From: Azolla caroliniana
Lineage: Eukaryota; Plantae; Polypodiophyta
Length of the DNA: 64,000 nucleotides
NCBI GenBank assembly: GCA_043228905.1
Contig: JBHGNT010000008.1
Location: forward strand, 1,798,001 to 1,862,000
Direction of reading: 5' to 3'
The position numbers were made by a program, and so were the translations under genes. Positions within the stretch are counted from its first letter, which is position 1. Every line of letters starts with the position of its first letter. Under the pieces are notes generated by a model that worked only from the letters and a program-made list of their open reading frames with translations, had not been told where the DNA came from and did not search any database. Shown here one piece after another: positions 13,266 to 26,197 of the stretch.

Positions 13266-13663
13266 ACGTTCATCAGCTTTCCTTTTGTCCAACATGGCTT
13301 AAAAGGACTTCTCTGACATGCACTATCGGGTGAGGGGTGTCGTCTCCGGTTTCGACGATTCTCGGTTGTTCCGGTTTCTCCAAAAACGAGAACTGCTCTT
13401 TGTGGCTCGTCATGTGGTTTGATGCTCCGGAATCAACATACCATACTTCCTCCAATCTAGAAGTGGTCTTCTTCATCGAGTTCGCCTTGTGCTTCATCAC
13501 GAAGGTTGGCCCTTTTCTAGTCTTCTTGGTTCCGGATCCTTCCGATCCTTCTGCGTAGTGGGAAATTTTCCGGTTCCCTTGTTTGGCCTTGCCGGATCTA
13601 GATTTATCCGAATCGGCACGCTTCTTCCAGCACTCGCTCTCTCTATGGCCTTTCTTGCCACAA

Positions 13664-14433
13664 TGAAGAGAAGAGTACACAGGATGTTAACATGGAAAAC
13701 CCAAACTAGGGAAAAACCACGGCAGCCCACAGACTGCAAAGTAACTAGGGAAAAACCATGGCAGCCCACAGACTGCAAATTAACTAGGGAAAAACCACGG
13801 CAACCCACAACGAGCCTAGGATCAAACACAGAAAATGGGTAATGAACACATGACATACTGAAGAGAAGAGTACACAGGATGTTAACGTGGAAAACCCAAA
13901 CTAGGGAAAAACCACGGCAGCCCACAGACTGCAAACTATCACTATATCACAATGTACAATAGTAAAGCACCGAGGCAACGACCTCGAGCTTGCTATCTTC
14001 GCCACAAGTGGCGGTTACAACAGAGGCAACAACCTCTTCCTCTCTCTCTCTCTCTGTACACAGTTACGCACTCAAATCTTGCGCCAACAAGAATGACAAC
14101 ACATATCCACTAAGTTTGCCCTAAGTCATATTTATACTAATATGACTTTTCGGCTATTTACAAATATAGCCCCAATGAACTCTTAAGAACATATTTACGA
14201 ATATTTCCCTTCATCCGGTGAGCACTCCTCACCGGGCCTGCATCATCCGGCTCTTGCCGGGTACTCCACGTCCACTTTATATTTTCTGGCACGGATGGAA
14301 AGCTAGTTTGTACCCATTAGTTTGGGTAGCACTCGGTTCTCACCGGGTCTTCTGTTGTCGGGTACTCCACATCCAGTTTGCTCATCAACACTATTCTTCT
14401 CACTTCCCATCCGGAGGGACCTTTTTCCTAACA
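13664..14433 (-). repeat. Rearranged LTR of the copia A family with internal 39-bp tandem repeats
   Basis: Shares GGAAAACCC..GGAAAAACCACG and CCCTAAGTCATATTTATACT with the A LTR; ends ...CCTAACA at 14433. Confidence 0.8.
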
Positions 14434-17400
14434 TGTAAGTACTTGTGTCAGCCCAATAGTCACGGCTTCTATAAAAGGTGCTCACTAAGCACGAAGTATG
14501 TACAAAGTGTTTTTTTCTTCGTATAGAAATGTTATCTGCTCTCTCTCTCTCTATCCCTCACTCACTCATTTTCTCTGTGCTCTCTGCGTTTACCGAACTG
14601 CATACTCTGTGTCTTATGCATACGCTTCCGCACAGGTAATCTTTTACATGGTATCAAAACGCGAGGGTTGAGACTCCTCTACAGTTGACTGAAAAGCTTG
14701 TGATAAAGAAGGATGAGACAACAATATGGACAGAGGAATAGGAAGCTCGCCGAGCTAACAATTGAGAAGCTCCACAAGAGCAACTACGCACCTTGGTCGT
14801 ACAAGATGCACCAATACCTGCTTGGTCATGGTTACTGGAGTTATGTTGAAGGAGCTAATGGCACCCGAATTGACACACAAAGATTTTTCGGCTTGGGAAC
14901 AACAGGCAAGCAGAGTTCTTTACTGCTTCGCATCCTGTGTGAGCGACCACCTCCTGAGCTACATTCGGGATGCTAAGACGCCAAAGGACGCGTGGGCGAA
15001 TCTGAAGGGAATTTTCATCGTTAGCACAATGGCTAGGAAGCTGCAGCTCAGGCAGGAGCTTAGCAATGTCCGACAGAAAGATCTGCGAATAAAGGAGATC
15101 TGCGACTCTCTTGCCTTCGTCAACGTAAACGTCAAGGAGGAAGAAATGGTGCAGGTTTTTCTTAGAGGGTTAGCGTCAATGTTCGGAGCATTCGCACAAG
15201 GGAGAATACGCCTTCGTTCTTCGAGCTTCAATCGATGTTGCTCGTGGAGGAAAATCACGCGGGTGCGTCGACGAGTACGCACGCCTACGGCAAGATGCTG
15301 TACACGGAGGAAGATAGGCCCCGTCGTCGTGCAGTTGACACTTCACGATGTGAAAACAATGTCAATAATCTATAGAAGTACATTTCTGAATGTCACTTCT
15401 ATAGAGGACAAAATGGTGCAGGTTTTTCTTGGAGGGTTAGCGTCAAGGTTCAGAGCATTCCGAATGGCAGCCTACACAAGGGAGAATACGACATCGTTCT
15501 TCGAGCTTGAGTCGATGTTGCTCGTGGAGGAAAATCAGGCGGGTGCATCGACAACTACGCATGCCAACGACAAGATGTTGTACACGGAGGAAGATAGGCC
15601 CCGTGGTCGTGGCGGACGAGGCGGATCGGCACGCAATGGAGACGGCCGAAAAGAGCAAAACGTGCGGCATAATCGAAATGCCGCAAGCAATTTTGAACCC
15701 TCCGGAAGCAGGGGGAGTCATAGCGGCGCCGGACGCCAGCAAGAGAAGGTCGCAACGGATTGTTGGTATTGTGGCAGGAAAGGCCATAGAGAGCGTGAGT
15801 GCTAGACAAAAAGCGCGGATTCGAACAAAGCCGAATAAAGCAGAAGAGACATAGGAAGGCGTCAGAAATTATACCACGCCGAGGGCTCCGAACGAGCTGG
15901 AAATGGATCGGGCCCAGCCTTCGTAATGAAGCACGAGGCCAATTCGATGGCCATGAACACCTCGAAACCAAGCGAGGTGTGGTATGTTGATTTCGGAGCG
16001 TCAAATCATATGATGAGTCACGAGGAATGGTTCTCGTACTTGGAGAAACCGGAAAAGCAAGGAGTGATCAAAACTGGTGACGACACTCTGCATACCATCG
16101 AACATGTCGATGAAGCTCCCCTCAGCCACGTCGGGCAGAAAGGGAAACTCATGAACGTGCTGCATGTCCCGACAATAACCAAGAACCTAGTGTCGGTCGG
16201 TCAGATCGTTGACCAAGGGATGCAAGTTTGATTCACGCACCGCGGATGCTACATCGAAGAGGAAGGCCAAGTTATCGCGCAAGGGCGCCCTGAAGGGAGG
16301 ATGTTTATCCTCAATACCAATCAAGCCGTAACCGTGCTGTTCGCAAAAGGACAGAAGGTTGAATCAGATATCGACCAGTAGCACAAGCGGTTCAGCCACG
16401 TTAACTTCCCATGGCTTCATGAAATGCAGACGAAGAAAATTGTTTTCGGTTTGCCGAAATTTCGTGGGTGGAATGCCCAAGTCTGCGAAGCCTGCCAACT
16501 GGGGAAGTAGCACCAACTTCCGTTCCCAAACTAGCGTAATCGGAGTCGAAATTCGCTCGACTTAATCCATTCGAATGTGTGGGGACCGGCACAGAATGTG
16601 AGTTTCGGTGGTAGCTGTTACTTCGTAACCTTCATCGATGACTTCACTCGGCATACTTGGGCATGTATGATCGCGAAAAAGAGTCAAGTCTTTGCGTGTT
16701 TCCTGAAGGTGAAAAGCCTTGCAGAAAGGGAAACAGGGCATAAGATCAAGTGCCTACGGTCCGATGGTGGGAAGGAGTACTTCTCCGACCGGTTCACGAG
16801 TTATCTACAGAAGGAGAGAAATGGACACGAATTCTCATGTAGATATACACCGAAGCAGAACGGTGTAGCCGAGCGGAAGAATCGGACAATCGAAGAATCG
16901 GTTAGGGCAATGCTTGAAGAGAATCATTGCGTATGTGCATGTGCAAAAGGAGAAGAGGAGGAAGTTGGACGCCAAAGCTAAGAAGTCTATCTTGGTCGGC
17001 TTTTCAAATGAGCAGAAGGTGTATAAGTGTTATAACCCCCGAACAAAGGAAGTTTGTGTAAGCCGAGATGTCATGTTCGACGAGTCCGCTTCATGGTACT
17101 TGCCTTCACCTCCAATACCTCATGACTCCATTCCGAATTCTGAAGAAACGATTAGCGAGGACGAGCTGCCTCCGTGTGATGAGGAAATCGGAGCTCGGAC
17201 AAAGAGCCCGATCTCATTTCGGCTAAGTGGGCCAAATAAGGGGTTGGGCCGAGATGGCCAACCAAATGAAGAGTCGGGGAGTAGTGGAGACTCGGTCATG
17301 TTGTCTTCGTGTAAAGAATTGAGGAGATGGTTCATGCGTAAAGAAAATGGGAAGAAGAAAATGTCGGAATACAATACCGGCAGTGCCGACTCAGAACGGA

Positions 17401-17808
17401 GCGAATCTAACGTCGGGCCAATCGAAAAGGAACCTCCGCCAAAGAGGTTGAAATCGGCCGAAAAGATCGTGAGATTGGGTAATCACGAATTATGCCGATC
17501 TACCCACCTGAAGAACCCCGTAAAAAGATACAGGTACAACAAAGACATGGCGCACCATTATGCGTACATGACACGAGTGGGGGAAGTGCATGAGCCGGAG
17601 AGCTACGCAGAAGCGGCGGAAGACGCAAACTGGCGTGCCGCGATGTAGGAAGAGATGCGCGCATTATCGAACAACGAGACGTGGGACCCGGTTGACGCAC
17701 CTAAAGGTGTTAAGCCGATCGGATGCAGATGGTTGTTTAAGGTGAAATATAACACCGACGACTCAGTCAACCGAAATAAGGCCCGTTTGGTTGCGAAAGA
17801 CTACGCAT

Positions 17809-20800
17809 TGTCGTGAAGATCCGTCACTACCTGCAGATCGTGAGGCAGAACCACCGGGGTTCTGGACCGAAAGGACTCGAAGTTTGCACTAGCTTTAGCA
17901 AGAAAGGAATTAAGATAGATTGAAAGAGAGAGAGATTGATATAAGATAGAACACTTGACTTTAGATTGAGAGAGATTAAGATTGAACTCTTGACTTTAAA
18001 TTTGAAAAACAAGCTTGATACATCAATTGTATAACAAATTTCTTCTTAATATTAATTTTGATATAAAGTACAAAGCCCTTTTTTTTTCATCCACCCTTTT
18101 ATAGATGCTCCCATGCATATGATGCATGTGAGGATACAAGACATGCATACAATGCATGGAATGCATCTGATGCATGTTTGCCATTTGGTTCTCATGCATC
18201 ACATGCCACTCAATCAAGCTCTAATATGAGAATTTACATGTACAGCTATAATGATAAAAATATAATCCCTAAAGAAATGATTTAGCTTAATGGCAAGCTT
18301 ATTGCTTCCTATCTTGGAGGTGTAAAGTTTGAGTCTTGCTTACATCTTTTTCTTTAATGCACAAAATACTATTAGGCTTTTGGACCAAATATCTTTAAGA
18401 CACCATGCACCGCGATCAACCGATCCGTTCGATTTGTATCCATTTGGTCCGGCCCAGTCTGCATACCAATCCAGTTCAGTCCGCATCCCGAGTCACTCCG
18501 TCGTCGGTTGCCGCCGGTTTTGGTTGGCCAAAAACATTTACAAGTAGCTAGGCCACACCCACTCATCCAATTAGCTTAGTTCAAGTCACCTTGAACTCTC
18601 TATGCTCCACACATAAACACAAAGACAATAGCTTTTGCTTTGCCTTATATATGGTGAGATCCTTATTTGTCCCGTCTATGTGGGACTCTTTTCCTTTGCA
18701 AACTTCCTACCCACGTAACTTGAGACTTAGATATCCGTTTCTTATGTAGTAAAGTGCATTCGAAAGCTCTTAAACACTTTCACCTTTTGTACTAAGATAT
18801 TAAACTTATTTAAAATAGTATTTTTACTATTATTGTTTTATATCAATCATACTCGATTTCGTATGTTTTATGCGATTTTCACATCATTGCCGAAAATCTT
18901 CACGACATCCACCCCCACCAAACCGCACGTCCTCCGGTATGTGCCAAGAAGAGAGAATGTGAGATTTCGGCAATGGTGATCAGCATGACTCCTCAACGTC
19001 GAGCATGTATGTTTCTTTGTACTCGAATCATTGTTGCCACCCAATCCACCATATCATTCGTTTTTTCTTTACTTTACTATGACTTGTTGTCATGGCCCCT
19101 TGCTCTCTTCTTGAGGATAATCGTTTAAGTCTCATGAATGGTCCACCTTTGTCTCGATCGTGTCCTTGCTCAAGGCACTTTGACTCATTCATAGTAGTGT
19201 CTTGAATAGATGTTTTGATCACATTCTTCGGATCCTCATGGCTTACTTGGCCATCGCCATCCCTTGTCATATTTTTCTCAAACTCTTTGTTGCACATATA
19301 AGCTTTAACCCTTGCTTCTTCCATATCACTATACTTCTCTTGGGTCTTACATCGGTTAATGCCCAAGTCTCTAGAACGAGTGTGGAGGGACCCATACATT
19401 TCCATCGTGCGCCTTTTTCGTGCTGCACTTAGCCATTTCCATCTTAAAGTTGCTCGAATCAGCATTGACCTTTGTTTCCTCACCGCTAGCTCCCGTCTCT
19501 TGGGTCTTACATCGGTTAATGCCCAAGTCTCTAGAACTAGTGCGGGGAAAAGCTCTTCATGGCCATTCACCATCTTCGCCTTGACGTCATTTTCCATAGT
19601 TTTTCCTTCAAACTCATGGGCCTCGTACCCATCGATCCTTTTTATTGAGCAATCCTTTATTATGCTTCTCTCTTCGTCGCATGTATTATCTTCGACCTTC
19701 GGTTCTTCGACATCACCTCCCGTCTCTTGGGTCTTACATCGGTTCTCAGACGCAATTGCCCAATTCTCTAGAACAAGTGTGGAGAAAATTTGGTTGTCGT
19801 CATTGGCTGTATTATCCTTGTCCTTCTCTTCCTTTTTGCCACCATCGGTCTCTTGGGTCTCACATTGGTTCCCAGACGCAACTGCCCAAGTCTCTAGATG
19901 AAGTGTTAGGAAAGACTCCACATGACCATCCGCCATCGACTCATCCATAGCCATCTCCAACTTGATGTCGTTTTTCGTGGTTATCTCTTCAATCTCATGG
20001 GCCTCGCACCAATTGACCCTCTTGATCGAGCAAGATTCAATTATCCTTTTCTCTTCGTTGCATGTATTCGTTTCGACCTTCGGCTGCTCGCCGACACCTT
20101 CCATCACTTGGGTCTCACGTTGGTTCTTGGATGCACCTGCCCAAGTCTTTGGAGCATGTGTGGAGAAAATCCGGCCATGGTCATTTATCTTGTTCATAGT
20201 CACCTCCTTGATGTCGTCTTTAGCAGCTAGATCCTCAATTACACTAGCCTCGCACTCTTTATCTCTATTGATGCAAGCTTCGATTAGGCATGCTCCTTCA
20301 TCATCCGATGTTTCGAACACGACGCATGTTCCGAAACATTTATCGTCCTTTGAAATGGTCGTCATCGTCCTTGAGTGATCATCAATCTTCTTTTCATTTA
20401 GGTTATTTTGTTTAGACGGCTCGACTTCTTTAGATGGTCTTGTTTTCTCTATGATCGGCCTTACCAAGTCAATACCATCAAGCCATTGATGATGCTTGTC
20501 GATCTTGTTGCATGCTTGCTTCACCGCAACCTAGTCTGCCACATGCCCGTTCACTTGGGTATCATCTTCGAGGAGAGTACCCAGTTCTCGTCTATCCTTT
20601 ATATCCATAGCTTTTAGGAAGTACAAAGTTTTTTCCTCCTCAAGTAGCACTTGGTCTATGGTGGGGAGACGATGAAACATTTGATCAAATTCGTCGTACA
20701 CCCTCGAGGCGCTCATCTTCTTATTTTTCTTCTCTATCCACTTCATCAAGGCATGTCGAGTCATCCTCAACAAATCTTCCATCGCGAACTCCGACCACGT

Positions 20801-22305
20801 TGTCTTGCCTTCTTGAAGCTTGATGACGCATCTTTGGATGTTGTTGGCAACAACTCTCTTGAAGCTTGTGATTTGACATGCTTCAGACACGTCCCTTTGA
20901 TTCATCTCCCCTTTGTATGCATCAAGGAACTTCGTAATGTTCCTTCCATCAAATTGACCCTCGAGCTCTACGACACAGTCGACGGCCTTCTCCACGCTTG
21001 TATCATTGTCTCAAGATCTCATCATTTGTTCGACAATTAGCATCATGCTTTCGAACTCTCCCACTTGGTTGCTTGAGGATGCCATCTCCAAGTATCGATT
21101 GATCCTCGATTTGATCCTTCCTACCACCTCTTTCACGTCGGGTTCACCACTTAATTATATCGTGAAGATCTGTCACTACGTGTGGATCGTGAGGCGGAAC
21201 CACCGAGGTTCTGGACCGGAAGCACTCGAAGTTTGCACTAGCTTTAGCGAGAAAGGAATTGAGATAGATTGAAAGAGAGAGAGATTGAGATAAGATACAA
21301 TACTTGACTTTAGATTGAGAGAGATTAAGATTGAACTCTTGACTTTAGATTTGAAAAACAAGATTGATACATCAATTGGATAACGAATTTCTTCTTAATA
21401 TTAATTTTGATATAAAGTACAACGCCTTTTCTTTTTTTCATCCACCCTTTTATAGATGCTCCCATGCATATGATGCATGTGAGGATACAAGACATGCATA
21501 CAATGCATGGAATGCATCTGATGCATGTTTGCCATTTGGTGCTCATGCATCACATGCCACTCAATCAAGCTCTAATATGAGAATTTACATGTACAGCTAT
21601 AATGATAAAAATATAATCCCTAAAGAAATGATTTAGCTTAATGGCAAGCTTATTGCTTCCTATCTTGGAGGTGTAAAGTTTGAGTCTTGCTCAGATCTTT
21701 TTCTTTTATGCACAAAATACTATTAGGCTTTTGGACCAAATATCTTTAAGACACCATGCACCGCGATCAACCGATCCATCCGATTTGTATCCGTTTGGTC
21801 CGGCCCAATCCGCATCCCGATCCGGTTCGGTCTACATCCCGAGTCACTCCGCCGCCGATTGCTGCTGGTTTTAGTTGGCCAAAAATGTTTACAAGTAGCT
21901 AGGCCACACCCACTCATCCAATTAGCTTAGTTCAAGTCACCTTGAACTCTCTATGCTCCACACATAAACACAAAGATAATAGCTTTTGCTTTGCCTTATA
22001 TATGGTGAGATCCTTATTTGTCCTGTCTATGTGGGATATCTCATAGTTTTATCTTTTTCTTTTCATTTGCAAACTTCCTACCCACATAACTTAAGACTTA
22101 GATGTTTGTTTCTTATGTAGTAAAGTGCATTTGAAAGCTCTTGAAGACCTCCATCGTTTTGTGCTAAGATATTAAACCTATTTAAAATAGTATTTTTACT
22201 ATTATTGTTTTATATTAATCATACTCGATTTCGTATGTTTTATACGATTTTCACACCATTGCCGAAAATCTTCACGACATCCACCCCCACCAAATCGCAC
22301 GTCCT
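17809..22305 (-). mobile_element. Non-autonomous gag-only LTR element related to the Trp-primed gypsy (~1.1-kb LTRs)
   Basis: LTRs 17809-18907 and 21158-22279 (TGTCGTGAAG...CTTCACGACA); Trp PBS 21132-21149; PPT 18908-18922; gag similar to the gypsy gag; no protease, RT or integrase. Confidence 0.88.
19028..21085 (-). pseudogene. gag: gag fused in frame to a repetitive acidic tail
   Basis: GQFDGRNITKFLDAY...D*VAVKQAC matches gypsy GRFSGKDATKYLASY...DWAAVKRVC; the TAG at 20531-20533 replaces Trp; tail has repeated L(V/H)LE(T/N)WA..S.N.C.TQE units. Confidence 0.75.
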
Positions 22306-23750
22306 AAAGGTGGGACCTGGTGCCGACCTGGAAGAAATCGACCGTGTCAAGTCTCAGCTCGCGGAAACTTTCGAAATGAAGGATCTTGGAGACCTTCATT
22401 TCTTCCTCGAGATCGAAGTGATCCGCACCCCCGAAGGCATATTGATTAGTTAGCGTCATTATGCGCTAAATATGCTCTTCAAGTTCGGGATGGCAGATTG
22501 TAAGCCCATCTCGACCCCTCTGGACAAAAACGTAAAGCTTCGTCGAGATTTGGGTAAGGCGTGCAACCCGACACGGTTCAGACAGATTGTTAGAAGCCTA
22601 ATTTACTTGACAATTACTCGGCCCGATCTCAACTACCTGATTGAAATGATTAGTCAATTTATGTCACAGCTCACGATCGAACACCTTCAGTGCACGCAAA
22701 GGATATTTCGATATATCAGCGGCAAAAAAGACATGGCGTTGTTGTATCATACAGGCATAACTGAACAATTAGTTGGCTACACGGATGTCGATTGGGCCGG
22801 AAATGCCCACAATCGTAGATCCACATCCGGATACACATTCTCGTTGGGAAGTGGGGCGATCGTGTGGTGGAGTAAGAAGCAACCGACATTAGCACTGTTG
22901 AGCATGGAGGCCAAATATCGAGGGGTGACTATCGCTAGATGCGAAGTCATTTGGCGGAAACCGCTATTACGGGATCTACATGTGGAGGTGTCTAATCCGA
23001 CGATGATCTATTGTGACAACCTCAGTAACATCCACCTTGCAAAAAACCCTATATTCCACGCCCAGACTAAGCACATTGAGGTGCACTACCATTTTGTCTG
23101 TGAGCGTGTCCTTTCTAGTGAAGTCGAACTAGCATATGTTCCGACGGGTTGGTAGATTGCCGACATCTTTACCAAGCCCCTTGGTGTCGACAAGTTGCGG
23201 CATTTCTCGGGTGAGTTGGGTGTGCGTCACCTCGGCACTCCGAACTTGAGGGGGAGACAGGAACAAGAGCGTGGAAGGAGCGGTAGTGACCGCGATGCCG
23301 AAACGGATGAAGAATACAATTTCGGGCCGGCTGAAGAAGCCGAAGAAAACAGGGGCCTTAATCGCAAGGAAGAGACGAAGACAGCCAAACAAAGGGGAAA
23401 TACAGCCAAGAAGGGAGTAAAGGCCAAGACCAAGACGTGGTCTAATGTTGTCAAGGGCCTGAAACAGTAGACGAATTGGAGACAGCCAAATCGAGCGAAA
23501 GTGGAATTGAATCGGAAGTGACTGATTCAATCGAAATGTTCAATTCGGACATTACGAATCGATTGAGGGCCAAGCGAAGGAAAGGGCAGCGAAAGAGGCA
23601 CCAACACCACGATAGCAAGGGAGCTGAGAAGGGCCACAGGAGAAGACAAGCCGACCAGAAGGGTTGAAGCGAGTGAGGCGTGAAGCCAAGAGAGGCCGGA
23701 GTGAAGATCCAGAAAAGCAGATGGAACCTCAAGTTGAGCTTGAGGGGGAG

Positions 23751-24170
23751 TGTTGAGAGACAAGCTCAACATTGGGTGTGAAAACAGGTGCATAACCCAG
23801 TGCGTAGACTGGGTACGAAAAAGCATACACACAATATGGCCGTAGCGGTATGTAAACCGAGAGGCCGTTAGAATGTTATTCCGTGTAAGGAATAATTTTG
23901 GGAGAAAATGTAGGATGCTCAAGTATTGTAAGTACTTGTGTCAGCCCAATAGTCATGACTTGTATAAAAGGTGCTCATTGAGCACGAAGTATGTACAAAA
24001 TGTTATTTTTTCTCATATAGAATTGTTATCTGCTCTCTCTTTCTCTGTCCCTTCGTAACTCATTTTCTCTGTGTTCTCTCTGTTTACCGGACTATCATTT
24101 TCCCTAACTGCATACTTTGTGTCTTACGCATATGCTTCCGCACACACACACGCACATGTATTCTTTTACA
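23751..24170 (+). repeat. 3' LTR of copia C
   Basis: TGTTG...TTACA, preceded by PPT GAGGGGGAG. Confidence 0.9.
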
Positions 24171-24499
24171 TAATTTTAGGTAGTTTTCAGAAACTTGATA
24201 CACTAGTTTCACATGTTTTAAATAGCATATAGAATTTGCTAATTTTTTGAGATTTAACAAGTGTCAAAATGATAATTTCTAAAATTGAATAGTGTTTCAA
24301 TAAATGTTTAAATGTTGACGAACTATAGATATGAAATGTAGTTAACTTAAAAAACATCACAATGATAATTGCCATTGGGAATACCATTTATAAAACATGC
24401 GACAACCCATTTCTCACCCGTGACTCCCGATTTTTGCATTTGGGTCTAAGCATGATGCACATAATCCTCCAGAGGGGTAAATAGCTTACTCAACAACGT

Positions 24500-24900
24500 G
24501 ATCAAGTGTTGCACTTGTTCGGTTTGAGAAAGTGGTTGCAATTACTGTTTCTTGAAAACATCGACGAAACCTTCCCAAGTTGTGGGTAAGTTCTTTGCAG
24601 TCCTTAGGCTACGACACCAACCAACAACTTGACCACCTAACTCAGGACTGACATAACCAATGTTTACAACATTTGGCTTGGGATGAAGCTCAAAGTGTGA
24701 TGCCCTACGACCAACCCAAATGTTAATGGCCTCCTCGGTTCTTTCTTCCTTATCTCCCTTCAATGGGGTGACTACGAAAGAAGGTTCACCATCTTTCGTG
24801 GACTCAATAGTCAATTCTTGGAATTTTTTTCCAAAGCAATATTGGCTTGCCTCATTTCGGCCAGTTATTTCAAGGTAGTTGTCAGCAATTGCTCAATGGT
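24500..24900 (-). pseudogene. Retrotransposon gag relic (copy at ~48000-48420)
   Basis: ELGGQAAAWWR...PTSWEGFVDVFKKQF, typical of retrotransposon gag. Confidence 0.65.
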
Positions 24901-25955
24901 GATCTCAACTTGTGTGCGAGATGCGGATTGGAGTTAAAAGGCCTCGGTTGGAGCTACCGCTCCAACAATGTTCAAAACTTGTTCCATGATGCAAGCTATG
25001 TGTACGCAATATAAATAAGGACGTTCAGAAAATATGCAAGCAAAATGAATGTTTGAAATTTTGATTGGAAGAACTTTATCCAAGAAAGCATCTCATGTCT
25101 TTACCCCTCTAGATATATGAGATGTAATTCGAGATCCAGTAACTATGGTAACACTATGGTGCTTTAAAAACCATGGAGGAAAACATAGCTAAGATGTCTT
25201 TCTCGAATCTTTATCTTGAATAATTATGGCGGCTGCCCAAGGTTCAACCATGGTTCTACCATCAACGTAATTTCCTAGTTAGCCTTATATTTAAATGCCA
25301 ACCTAACATGTATTGATATGGTTGAGAAAGTGTATTACGTACAAAAACAAGTGCACTCGCAAGAAATATTCTAGTCTTGCTAGTAGCAAAATGTTACGAA
25401 AAAAAAAAAGTCACTACCAATAAGAGTCAAGAAGTGACAAAAACAAGGTTCAAAAAACCATGATAGTGTTACCTACTAAAAAAAGGCCACAAATAAATGG
25501 ATCGTGCGAGGTATGCACATATCCATCCCCATATGGTGATTGTAATTTGCACAATTGTGACATAAGCCACACATTGATACAAATGGTGGTGGTGTTGTGC
25601 GCAAAGATGTCGTACTCAAATCTATGAGTAAAACATCAATATGGGAACTCATGTGTTTTCAATCGAGTTCTAAGGCTCAATTACATGACTTAAACCTAGA
25701 GGACTCTTTGGAAAAAATATTTAAAATGTGAAATGATGCCCACTCAATACGAAAAAATAGTCCACACAAAATCATTACCCAATAGGGAAACACACGTAAA
25801 TAGTGTAGATGAACATAAAAATTAAGGGTAAAAAAACAATGAAGTGTGGGTGGGTAGATGACAATCATAAGAAAATCTTAAGAAAGGCAAAAGACAAATT
25901 GTGAAACATAGGTGTATGAAACATTAAGCATGCCTTAAGGTAAGAAACCCTAGGG

Positions 25956-26197
25956 TAGTCAACATGCGCCTCCTCAAGACCACAACATTCCATAGAATCA
26001 GCCAAGTGATAGCTCAAGAGAGACTTGAGTGGCATAGGCAGGCGACATACACCTCGTCAAGACCACCATATCCCATAAAATCGGCTAAGTGATTGCTCAA
26101 GAGAGAGTAAAGTGGCATAGGTAGGCGACATACACCTCGTCAAGACCACAACATCCCATAAAATCAGCCAAGTGATGGCTCAATAGAGAGTAGAGTG
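25956..26197. repeat. ~83-bp tandem repeat, ~3 copies (also ~49483-49724)
   Basis: TCAAGACCAC recurs at 25974, 26057 and 26140. Confidence 0.85.

Larger units (their letters stand above)
6426..13663 (-). mobile_element. Ty1/copia element B, 5' fragment (gag knuckle, protease, pre-integrase), split by the gypsy insertion
   Basis: HCGKKGHRESEC and WYVDSGASNHMT at 13270-13663; NVLHISTITKNLVSVGQ...TAMFA at 6426-6617; reading frame is restored by removing the gypsy and one ACGT. Confidence 0.88.
14434..24170 (+). mobile_element. Ty1/copia element C (truncated 5' LTR, gag-pol, 3' LTR), decayed, carrying a nested element at 17809-22305
   Basis: 5' LTR remnant 14434-14648 matches 23927-24170; PBS TGGTATCAAAAC 14649-14660; CWYCGRKGHREREC, WYVDFGASNHM, integrase QNGVAERKNRT, RT, RNase H TKHIEVHYHF; PPT 23742-23750. 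Confidence 0.92.

Noticed and set aside
21132-21149. tRNA-Trp 3'-end match suggesting a tRNA gene
   Set aside because: Only 18 nt including CCA, next to an LTR; it is a primer binding site.
25956-26197. Regularly spaced repeats resembling a CRISPR array (also 13705-13811)
   Set aside because: Whole units repeat with no unique spacers, there are no cas genes, and the context is eukaryotic.
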